The position numbers and the translations under genes were made by a program. A stretch of DNA of 55,987 nt, from positions 1-55,987 of the IMG/VR virus record IMGVR_UViG_3300025838_000004; one strand, written 5' to 3'. The notes beneath the pieces are model-generated. The model was given only the letters and a program-made list of their open reading frames with translations, was not told where the DNA came from and ran no database searches. This DNA is from a virus (Duplodnaviria; Caudoviricetes). Of this stretch, positions 8,067 through 16,307 are shown in pieces. The stretch's first letter is position 1. Each line of letters opens with the position of its first letter.

Positions 8067-9462
8067 CGCAGTACAATTCATGCTTGAAAATGGTTCAGGT
8101 CAGTTATGGTTAGAGCCTGGATTAGGAAAAACTAGTATCACATTAGAAGCAATTCGTCAACTTAAAGACTCAGGTGCAGTTAAAAAAGTATTGATTGTAG
8201 CGCCATTAAGACCATGTTATGCAGTATGGCCTGATGAAGTAAAGAAATGGGATAATTTTCATGAATTAACAGTGAGTGTTCTTCATGGTTTTCATAAAGA
8301 CAAAACACTACATGATAAATCATTAATCCATGTGATTAACTTTGAAGGCTTACAATGGTTATCAGCAACCTTGAGAAGGTTGAACATTAAAATGCCATAT
8401 GATATGTTGGTGGTTGATGAAATAAGTTATTTAAAAAACACCAGGACCCAAAGATTCAAGTCTTTAAATCCTTTACTTGATCAGTTTAAAAGACGTTTTG
8501 GATTAACAGGGTCACCTGCGCCGAATGGATTAATGGATATATTTGGTCCACAATTAGTAATTGATAGAGGTGCCACATTTGGTAAATACATTACTCACTT
8601 TAGAGCAAATTATTTCTATCCTACAGGCTATGGTGGATACACATGGGCATTACAATCAGATGCAGAAGAAAAAATCTATGAAGCGCTTGCAGGTAAAGTT
8701 CTTCGTATGGCTGCAAAAGACTATTTAGATCTTCCTGAGCTAATTACAAATAAAGTATATGTAGACCTTCCAACTGATGCAAGAAAAATGTATAAAGAAC
8801 TTGAAGACAAATTACTTACAGACATAGATCTCGGTCAGGTAACAGCAGCAACGGCTGCAGTGGCAATTGGTAAATGTCAGCAAATTGCAAATGGGGCAGT
8901 ATACTTAGACGGTGATGAAAGACATGTCAAAATTGTGCATGAAGCTAAACTTGATGCAGTAAAAGATATTGTAGAAGAATTATCAGGTCAACCATGTCTT
9001 ATTGGTTATCATTTTAAGCATGATTTAGATCAGTTAAAGACAATATTTCCTCATGCACCTGTCATTGGATCAGGCGTTTCAGGCGATAAGCTTACTAAGA
9101 TTATTAATGTTTGGAATGCAGGAAAAACGCCTGTACTTCTTGCACACCCACAATCTGCCGGACATGGTCTTAATTTACAAGGTGCAGGACATGCTGTGAT
9201 CTGGTTTAGTAATACATGGTCTCTTGAAATCTATGAGCAATTTGTAAGACGTCTATGGCGCCAAGGGCAGCGAAATAACATTATTGTGCACCAGATCATT
9301 GCTCGTAAAACAGTTGATGAGGCTATTGTAAAAGCAATCGAATCTAAAGACAAGACACAGCAAAGTCTGATGAATGCAATAAAAGATTATGCAGCTGTTT
9401 CACATGATGAAAGTAAAGTGGTTACTTTTATTAAAAAATGTGGTACTATGTTTAGGCAGTAA
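8035..9462 (+). CDS. SNF2-family DNA helicase
   Basis: PGLGKT Walker A, VVDEIS Walker B, LTGSP, HPQSAGHGLNLQ, RLWRQGQ. Confidence 0.93.
   Translation: MLWKPHQYQHNAVQFMLENGSGQLWLEPGLGKTSITLEAIRQLKDSGAVKKVLIVAPLRPCYAVWPDEVKKWDNFHELTVSVLHGFHKDKTLHDKSLIHVINFEGLQWLSATLRRLNIKMPYDMLVVDEISYLKNTRTQRFKSLNPLLDQFKRRFGLTGSPAPNGLMDIFGPQLVIDRGATFGKYITHFRANYFYPTGYGGYTWALQSDAEEKIYEALAGKVLRMAAKDYLDLPELITNKVYVDLPTDARKMYKELEDKLLTDIDLGQVTAATAAVAIGKCQQIANGAVYLDGDERHVKIVHEAKLDAVKDIVEELSGQPCLIGYHFKHDLDQLKTIFPHAPVIGSGVSGDKLTKIINVWNAGKTPVLLAHPQSAGHGLNLQGAGHAVIWFSNTWSLEIYEQFVRRLWRQGQRNNIIVHQIIARKTVDEAIVKAIESKDKTQQSLMNAIKDYAAVSHDESKVVTFIKKCGTMFRQ
9398..9449 (+). promoter_or_regulatory. Promoter inside the helicase 3' end driving the nucleotide cluster: 15-bp palindrome plus extended -10 TGTGGTACTAT
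   Basis: TTTCACATGATGAAA at 9398-9412, -10 at 9444-9449, then AAACACTTAACTAAGGAG leader identical to the one before 2573. Confidence 0.65.
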
Positions 9463-9483
9463 ACACTTAACTAAGGAGAATTA

Positions 9484-9732
9484 ATGAAAGCATTTCCATG
9501 TATTAGTTTAATTAATAAAAAAGAAGAATTAGGTATGGATTTAAGAGACTATTTTGCAGGACAAGCAGTTATAGGATTATTATCAGCAATAGGCCAATAT
9601 ACAACAGGTTTTCCTCAAGGTACAAGTTTTGCAGAGATCACTGCATATGATGCATATTGGATTGCAGATGCAATGTTAGAAATGAGAAAAAACACATCTG
9701 AACAACTTGATCAAATAGGAAATAAACGATGA
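9484..9732 (+). CDS. Conserved phage protein (GMxLRDYFA..A family)
   Basis: AFP...GMDLRDYFAGQA...AY.IADAML motif. Confidence 0.85.
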   Translation: MKAFPCISLINKKEELGMDLRDYFAGQAVIGLLSAIGQYTTGFPQGTSFAEITAYDAYWIADAMLEMRKNTSEQLDQIGNKR

Positions 9733-10181
9733 CTAAGAATCCATATATTTATATAGCAGGCCCATTCTTTAATGACTGGGAATTAGGTGTCATTGAACGA
9801 ATTAAGATGATTATTGAAACATATAACTTTAAATACTTTAGTCCTAAAGACGAACTGATGTATAAACCAGGCGTAACAACCCCTGAAGACATACTTAGAG
9901 CAAATGTTAATGGTCTAATGAAATCAGATTTATTGATTGTAGTTACTGACGGTAAGGATCCAGGCACAATGTTCGAGGCCGGCTGGGCATATGCTAAAGG
10001 TGTTCCTATGATCTATATGTGGCTTACAGGAACAAAGGAACAGAAGTTCAATGTAATGTTAGCAGCCACTGGTTCTGTGGTTAGATCATTTAATCAGTTA
10101 TTTGAAGCACTTGATGACATTAGAGATACAGGCGAATTTCATCGTAAAATTTGGGGAGAAGGAGGAATGATGTATGAATAA
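9729..10181 (+). CDS. Nucleoside 2'-deoxyribosyltransferase-fold nucleotide N-glycosidase (NDT/MilB/DNPH1-like)
   Basis: YIAGPFF, D.GT.FE.GWAYA.G.P and FNVM motifs. Confidence 0.85.
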   Translation: MTKNPYIYIAGPFFNDWELGVIERIKMIIETYNFKYFSPKDELMYKPGVTTPEDILRANVNGLMKSDLLIVVTDGKDPGTMFEAGWAYAKGVPMIYMWLTGTKEQKFNVMLAATGSVVRSFNQLFEALDDIRDTGEFHRKIWGEGGMMYE

Positions 10182-10680
10182 AGAGGATCATGATTTCTTT
10201 ATGCGTAGTTATTCATTAGAACATACTAAGCGTTACTCAATGAAACCTGTGATTCACTCTGAATCAGTAGCTACTCATAGTTATTTCGTAGCACTTGGTG
10301 TATTGATGATGTCTAAAGACTATGATTTTGATGTTGATCTTGCAATGAAAATTGCTATATGTCATGATCTTGCAGAGATGGAAATTAGTGATGTTAATCA
10401 CTTAGTTAAAAAGAATTTTCCACAAGTTGCTATTGCACTTAAAACTGCAGAAGAAGAAATTGTCAATAATTTTCCTGATCAAGTAAAAGAATACTGCCAT
10501 TTGTACCATGATGAAACGCCAGAAGCACTTGTAGTACATTATTGCGATGCATTTCAATGCTACCAATATGCAATGAATGAGATTAATATGGGAAATGGCG
10601 GTTACATGGTTGATGTTAGAGATAATAGCTTAATACGTATGGCAAAATTAGCAACTAAACTAGAGGCGTATAAAGTATGA
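10174..10680 (+). CDS. HD-domain deoxynucleotide phosphohydrolase (YfbR/DatZ-like)
   Basis: RYS...ESVATHSY, ICHDLAE..SD and V..CD motifs. Confidence 0.88.
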   Translation: MNKEDHDFFMRSYSLEHTKRYSMKPVIHSESVATHSYFVALGVLMMSKDYDFDVDLAMKIAICHDLAEMEISDVNHLVKKNFPQVAIALKTAEEEIVNNFPDQVKEYCHLYHDETPEALVVHYCDAFQCYQYAMNEINMGNGGYMVDVRDNSLIRMAKLATKLEAYKV

Positions 10681-10955
10681 CAACAACTGATGATGTAATT
10701 ACTGAACGTGGTAATGTCTATGGTGATTTTCATGAAGGCATTATGCTGGAAACGATTATCATTGAGTCAATTAAATTTAGACACCAAGAACATCACGGTA
10801 AACAAATGCCACCTGAGTTTGTGATGTATATGACTAAAATTGCTATGAAATTATCAAGATTAGCCATTACACCGAACCATATAGATAGCTGGACCGATAT
10901 TGCAGGATATGCAAGACTTGTTGAATTACACTTAAAGAAAGAAGAAAATGCCTAA
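10677..10955 (+). CDS. DUF6378-like protein
   Basis: ERG..YGDF, K.SR...P.H.DSW.DIAGYA.L. Confidence 0.8.
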   Translation: MTTTDDVITERGNVYGDFHEGIMLETIIIESIKFRHQEHHGKQMPPEFVMYMTKIAMKLSRLAITPNHIDSWTDIAGYARLVELHLKKEENA

Positions 10956-11877
10956 AGTAACTAAAGATAAAATGCCTCATTTACAAAAGATGCACACCGA
11001 ATTAAAGTTCGGTAAACAACCTGGACCATTGCAATTTGTAAACCAACTTACTGCAATTGATGTCAAGATTGTGCATGCACCAACAGTTGCAGAGCTTCGT
11101 AAAACGATCTCTGTATTCTTAATGAATACATGGAATGATAAGATTCAGTGGACTTTTCCTGAAGAAGACATAGATCAGACCATTGACGAATTGTTTCGTT
11201 ATGAATTACTACCCACTGCGATGGAAACGATCAATCTGACGTGGTCCGTAAATGGTATGGATATGATCGATACAACACATCTGATACGTCATCGCTTGTT
11301 TAGCTTTGCGGCACAAGTACATGGTGATCGTGATATGAGAGATGATAGAGTAATGGTAAAACCCTCTATTATGGCTAACCCTGAATTTTTTGATAGATAC
11401 AGAAAGATAACTCAAGATGCTAGACAACTTTATATCGATATGCTTGATAGTGGGCTTGTGCATGGTCTCGATACCCGTACTATTATGCCTCGTAATTTTG
11501 AGCATTTTTATATGGTTCGCTGCACAATTAAAGACCTTATTGGTTATTGTGTTATGCGTGGTGATGAACAAATTCAAACAACAGTAGATAACATTATTGC
11601 AATGAAACTATGGTTAGAAGTATTAAAGATCTACCCATTCCTAAAAGGATTAGTTGACTTTAGAAAACCTGATGCATTTTATCAAAGACAATCTGCTAAA
11701 GGTAAAACAAATATCTTTCCACCTAATGCAAAGAACGATAACTTTGATTGGTGTGAAGAACAGTTTTACCACCCTATTGGAAGAGATGAATTCCCAGGCG
11801 GTGATGTCTATTTAAAAATACGAGAAGACTTATTAAGTCAAATTGATGCAATAGAAAAAAGGCATATACATGAGTGA
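10948..11877 (+). CDS. Divergent ThyX-like flavin-dependent thymidylate synthase homologue
   Basis: HLIRHRLFSF, Y..M.DSG, R.I.P.N and downstream MR align with the ThyX fold; the RHRx7SxR motif is degenerate (RHRLFSFAAQVHGD). Confidence 0.85.
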   Translation: MPKVTKDKMPHLQKMHTELKFGKQPGPLQFVNQLTAIDVKIVHAPTVAELRKTISVFLMNTWNDKIQWTFPEEDIDQTIDELFRYELLPTAMETINLTWSVNGMDMIDTTHLIRHRLFSFAAQVHGDRDMRDDRVMVKPSIMANPEFFDRYRKITQDARQLYIDMLDSGLVHGLDTRTIMPRNFEHFYMVRCTIKDLIGYCVMRGDEQIQTTVDNIIAMKLWLEVLKIYPFLKGLVDFRKPDAFYQRQSAKGKTNIFPPNAKNDNFDWCEEQFYHPIGRDEFPGGDVYLKIREDLLSQIDAIEKRHIHE

Positions 11878-12109
11878 AAGATGGTCAGTATATCAGTATA
11901 AGTTAAGTCAAAAGACTCATCAACAACGACTTCAGTTCTATCTTGATTTCTGTAAGCAACACCCTAAGCTTACAGAAAGAGTAAAGAGTGCATTATATGT
12001 TGTAGCAGTGAACTTAGAAACACAAAGTTTTACTGCAGAGATGTCAGGTCTTCCTAAACAAGTAGTGAATCGAGTAATTCGTAAGTTTAGAGACTTCTTA
12101 CCTTTTTAA
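11870..12109 (+). CDS. Small putative HTH DNA-binding protein (TrfB/KorA-like)
   Basis: ALYVVAVNLETQSFTAEMSGLPKQVVNRVIRK resembles the A..VLV.G..Q...A...G.....V...V.R HTH pattern. Confidence 0.5.
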   Translation: MSERWSVYQYKLSQKTHQQRLQFYLDFCKQHPKLTERVKSALYVVAVNLETQSFTAEMSGLPKQVVNRVIRKFRDFLPF

Positions 12110-13363
12110 CTTATCACTAAGATATTCATAACCTTCGTAGCCTAGGTATGGCAGTTGCATACCTAGTCCTACACCTCTTGCAAGTGGGTGAGGAACAGCA
12201 CTTAATACACCTCCTGCACCACTGATTGCTTCAAGTGCACCTTTTAGCTTTTCACCTTTTTGCCAGTCTTCAATGCCTTGAAGACCTTGAATAGTGCCTA
12301 ACCCACCACCTACTGTAGGAAGCACATGACGAAGAACAGGGTTAGCATTCATTGCTGCATTTGCTTTAGCAAGTACGTCCATAGCTTCTTGGCCATATGG
12401 TATTTTAGCAATGGTTTTACCAATAATAGATGGTTGATCAGTTGCCTTACTTAGTCTGTCTAATGCTTGCTGTCTTTGTATATCAGCCTCTGTTAATTTC
12501 TTAGCAGCTTCTTTTTTACCTTCAGGTACAGCACTCTTTAATTCTTCAAGTTGCTTACCGATTTTATGAGTAATCTCTGCATGACTATCATGCTCTGCTT
12601 TTGCAAGATCATATGCTCTTTTAGCAAGTCTTTGCTCACCAGGCGTAACTCCTTGTACAGGTGGTTTATAAAGTTCACCTTCTAGTTCACCTGAAAGACG
12701 ATAGTCACCAAGACCTAGTGCTTTTTGTTTAGCTGCTGCAATTCTATTCTTCTCAGCAATTTGCCATGCAGATGTGCCTTGCTCATTTGCTTTAGACATG
12801 TCTTCAACTTGTGTAAGTAGCTTATGCGGTATCTTTTCACCTGGAATGACTGCACCATAGTTATAGCTCATTGGCGCACCTGCAACTTTTCTTTCACCAA
12901 GATCAAGTGCATCAAGCATTGTGGCTCTATGTGTTGCTTCATTTAACTTATCTTTAAGCATTGATAATTTAGCTACATGATCATCATGCACATTTTGTAA
13001 TTGCTCTATGCTGTTTAAATGTAGTCTATTAATATTATCTAAGCTTTTTTGATATGAGTTCTTTGCAATCTCTGCATCAGATAACTTTGTTGTAGCTTCT
13101 TGAAACTCAGGTCTCATGTAATCAGGTTGAGGACCTTTTTTAAGTAGCATCTCACCTGCACCTGCACCTAATGCTGCAGGAATAACTGATTCAACTGAAT
13201 TAATCGTAGGAGAACTAAGAGTGACTGTTCCTTTAGGCTCTGATTGTGATGTGTCTTGTGCTACAGAAGAAATGGCAGGTGCAGGAGGTTCATCAAAAAT
13301 ACCTGCATAGTGTTCTGAAGGTATTTCAGGTTGTGACTGCTGATCAGTATTTTTAGGGTCCAT
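12098..13363 (-). CDS. Putative internal virion/ejected protein
   Basis: Last gene of the structural arm; coiled coils and Gly-rich hydrophobic C-terminus. Confidence 0.6.
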   Translation of the reverse strand: MDPKNTDQQSQPEIPSEHYAGIFDEPPAPAISSVAQDTSQSEPKGTVTLSSPTINSVESVIPAALGAGAGEMLLKKGPQPDYMRPEFQEATTKLSDAEIAKNSYQKSLDNINRLHLNSIEQLQNVHDDHVAKLSMLKDKLNEATHRATMLDALDLGERKVAGAPMSYNYGAVIPGEKIPHKLLTQVEDMSKANEQGTSAWQIAEKNRIAAAKQKALGLGDYRLSGELEGELYKPPVQGVTPGEQRLAKRAYDLAKAEHDSHAEITHKIGKQLEELKSAVPEGKKEAAKKLTEADIQRQQALDRLSKATDQPSIIGKTIAKIPYGQEAMDVLAKANAAMNANPVLRHVLPTVGGGLGTIQGLQGIEDWQKGEKLKGALEAISGAGGVLSAVPHPLARGVGLGMQLPYLGYEGYEYLSDKLKR

Positions 13364-13372
13364 ATATTACCT

Positions 13373-15187
13373 TTATTGATAAGGATATCGTTTTAATGCT
13401 TCATTCATCATCTTTGTATGATTATTAGGTAGCTCTTTTCTGTATGTATCAGAAGTAAAGAAGCCTCTAGGATCAGCAGTTTGATTTCTGTCATATGCTT
13501 GTTTAACATAACTATTATATGCATCGCCTAGTTCTAATAATGCAGAGTTGTCAACTTGTCTTCTTGTTGCCCAACCTTTAATGTAGTTAGGAAGTTGGCT
13601 CATGTTTGCATTTAAAGCAGATAACTGTTGATCTTGGTAGTTAGTTACACGAGATCCACCGAATGCTGCAGTCTTATTAGCAATAATGTTATTAATCACC
13701 TGTTGTGAAATAATATTAGCAGCTCTTGAAGCCATTACTTTTTCTTGTGGCGTTAGTTTAAGATTTTGATAAACAGGTTCTAAGTTAATACCTGCATGTG
13801 CATTCACATTATTAACTGATAAATTTCCGCCTTCTTGAAGAACTTGCATAGCAGCTTTACTAATTGCTTGTGCATAATTTTCTTTACCATTAAGCTGTAA
13901 AGGTGCAAAAATAGGGTTTGTCCCATCGGGACGCTTATACTCTGCATAGCTTTTTAACTCACTTAAGTCTGCATTAGATGACTTAAGTGAATCAATATTG
14001 ATCTTAGCAAGACCTGAAGCCATTTCATTATAGTCTTTAATTGCGCCTGCTTCAATTGCTTTTCTTCTTTCATTAAACTGTTCAGGCGTTTCATCATATC
14101 TTTTGATAATGCCACTACTTTGTACAGGTGTTGTCTGAGGTTGTGGTTGATTCGCTGTTGATGTCTGTTGTTTTCCTAAATCCACACCATTCAGTATCTT
14201 ATTAACATACCCTGCGGCTTTAGATGAGTCACTATATCCACCATAAGCAGCAAGTGCTTTATAGTAGTCTCCTCCATTTTGTTTAACAAGCTGTTGAATA
14301 TAATAATCAGCAGCAGCTCTTGATTCTTTTTCATCAAAAGGGTTAAACTTAACACCTTGTTTATTTAGCATTGCAGCAGTATCAGGAATAAATTGATGCT
14401 TACCCATTGCTTTACTGTCTTTGTTCACTGCATACGGATTATCAGTACTTTCCACCATTCCTAAGTTGTCTAAAAGTTTAGGCGGTGTTCCATAGCTTTT
14501 CTCAGGGCTAAATTCAACAGGCTTAACAGCTTCAGGTTGCTTAACGGCACCTGTGCCTGATACAGGAATTGTAAGACCTAGTTTTGAAGACCAAGGACCT
14601 AAATTAGAAAGTAAATCATCTTTTTGCTCTTGACTTAAGCCTGAAGTTGCTTTAGCAATATCAACACCTTTGCCTAATAGTTCAATTGCATTCTTCATAT
14701 CAGTCTGTTGTAGTTCAACACCTGTTTTAAGTGCATTTCCCATGTCTTTATCTACTGACATAAGTGCTACAATTTGCTGAGGAGTTGCCATTCTAGCAAC
14801 AGAGGGTGCAACATTACCTGTCTGTAAGCTCTTCAATGCTTCTTGTGGTGATTCACCTCCCATAATATTGCTAAGAAGGTTCATACCTTGCTGCTTAAGT
14901 CCCATTTGGTACTGTTGACCTAACAATTGTGCTTTGATCATCGCAATATTAGGGGCTTGTTGCTGTTGCTGCTCTTGTTGTCTACCAACTTCAGTAGCTG
15001 CACTACCAAGAGCTTCACCTGCACTACCTGTTCGTCCTGGATTAAGAAGTGCGCCTGCAACTGAGAACCAGTTTGGGTTCTGTCTTTGGTTTAATGAAGA
15101 AACAAGCTCATTCAGTGCTTGGTTTTGCTTTACTAAAATATCGCCAGGTGAGGTTGATGTATTATCAGTTTCAATAGGTAGTGCCAT
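13373..15187 (-). CDS. Internal virion protein with lytic transglycosylase (SLT) domain
   Basis: VES..NP.A....AMG..QFIP.TA and ALAAY motifs; start at MALP after AAGGA RBS. Confidence 0.85.
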   Translation of the reverse strand: MALPIETDNTSTSPGDILVKQNQALNELVSSLNQRQNPNWFSVAGALLNPGRTGSAGEALGSAATEVGRQQEQQQQQAPNIAMIKAQLLGQQYQMGLKQQGMNLLSNIMGGESPQEALKSLQTGNVAPSVARMATPQQIVALMSVDKDMGNALKTGVELQQTDMKNAIELLGKGVDIAKATSGLSQEQKDDLLSNLGPWSSKLGLTIPVSGTGAVKQPEAVKPVEFSPEKSYGTPPKLLDNLGMVESTDNPYAVNKDSKAMGKHQFIPDTAAMLNKQGVKFNPFDEKESRAAADYYIQQLVKQNGGDYYKALAAYGGYSDSSKAAGYVNKILNGVDLGKQQTSTANQPQPQTTPVQSSGIIKRYDETPEQFNERRKAIEAGAIKDYNEMASGLAKINIDSLKSSNADLSELKSYAEYKRPDGTNPIFAPLQLNGKENYAQAISKAAMQVLQEGGNLSVNNVNAHAGINLEPVYQNLKLTPQEKVMASRAANIISQQVINNIIANKTAAFGGSRVTNYQDQQLSALNANMSQLPNYIKGWATRRQVDNSALLELGDAYNSYVKQAYDRNQTADPRGFFTSDTYRKELPNNHTKMMNEALKRYPYQ

Positions 15188-15197
15188 GTTTATTCCT

Positions 15198-16304
15198 TTA
15201 AGTTCCAGTATTGACCACACCAGGTACTACTTGTCCTGATTGTACAGCATTTTGTTGGTCTAGTGTACCTGTATTACCATATGCATTTTGAGCATTTGTA
15301 GCCAATAAATTACCAAATTGATCGACTGCTTGACCTGATGAATTATATTCAATAGGCGCGGTTGTATTAGAACCTCCTGAATTCCCAAATAAACCACTTA
15401 AATAACTACCTAAACTACTTAAACCTGATCCAATTAACCCACTTGACCCAGGTGATGTACCGGTTGCTGGTGTTCCAAACAATGATTGTCCAAGAGGCGT
15501 ATTACTAATACCAGCACCAAGAGCCCCTAATCCTGCTATCTGCTGTAAAGGTGATGCGGCATACGCACCAGGAATTGGACCAGTATAGGAAGAACTTGTG
15601 CTAGTTGGCATTGTATAGCCACGTAAGAGAGCAGACTCATTGGTTAGTTGCTGCATAGGGAATAACTGTTGGTTCTGAGCAATGGTTTGTTGCTGACCAC
15701 CGAGTGTAGCAAGTGCATTAACATCACCTAATCCTAATGATTGCTGCTGGCTTGCTAAATTTCCTAACTGTCCAGATGCTGCTACTTTGTTGGCATAGTC
15801 TTGCTGTAGTGCTTGCTGTTGCTGAGCAGTGATGCCTAACTCAGCATTTGATATCACATCACCTAAAGCAGTTGCACCACGAGTTGAGCCAAACTGACCA
15901 CTGCCTACTAGACCTGCAGTTGCCTGAGGTGCTAAGTTATATGCTATATTAGACTGCCCTAAATCACCGATAGCCTGTGCAAGATTAGAACTTCCTACGC
16001 CTTGTGCTAAGTTAATTGCACTATTTAATGTAGGTTGATAGTTTCCTACATTCTGTTGTGCTTGACTAAATGCTTGTTGCTGTAAGGGCTGTGCTCCTAC
16101 ATACTGAGCATTCTGTGCTGCTTGTCCGCCTTGCTGTGCTAACTGATTTAAATAATCGGTATAGAACTGAGGGGCAGCTGTTGCTTGTGATTGTGTAGTC
16201 GTGATATTAGGAAGAGCAGAACCTTGAGTAAATGAACCGCCTGATTGTGATCCAGCGGTGATGCCTAAATCAGGGACAGCAGGTGAAGAAGATGGAAGTG
16301 CCAT
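15198..16304 (-). CDS. Putative DNA-injection (ejection) protein
   Basis: Gln/Gly/Ala-rich with GQFGSTR and ALATLGGQQQ motifs; position typical of podovirus ejected proteins. Confidence 0.65.
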   Translation of the reverse strand: MALPSSSPAVPDLGITAGSQSGGSFTQGSALPNITTTQSQATAAPQFYTDYLNQLAQQGGQAAQNAQYVGAQPLQQQAFSQAQQNVGNYQPTLNSAINLAQGVGSSNLAQAIGDLGQSNIAYNLAPQATAGLVGSGQFGSTRGATALGDVISNAELGITAQQQQALQQDYANKVAASGQLGNLASQQQSLGLGDVNALATLGGQQQTIAQNQQLFPMQQLTNESALLRGYTMPTSTSSSYTGPIPGAYAASPLQQIAGLGALGAGISNTPLGQSLFGTPATGTSPGSSGLIGSGLSSLGSYLSGLFGNSGGSNTTAPIEYNSSGQAVDQFGNLLATNAQNAYGNTGTLDQQNAVQSGQVVPGVVNTGT

Positions 16305-16307
16305 ATA

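Noticed and set aside
10174-10680. dZ (2-aminoadenine) genome pathway
   Set aside because: An HD hydrolase and PolA are present, but no PurZ/PurA-like gene was recognised anywhere in the complete genome.
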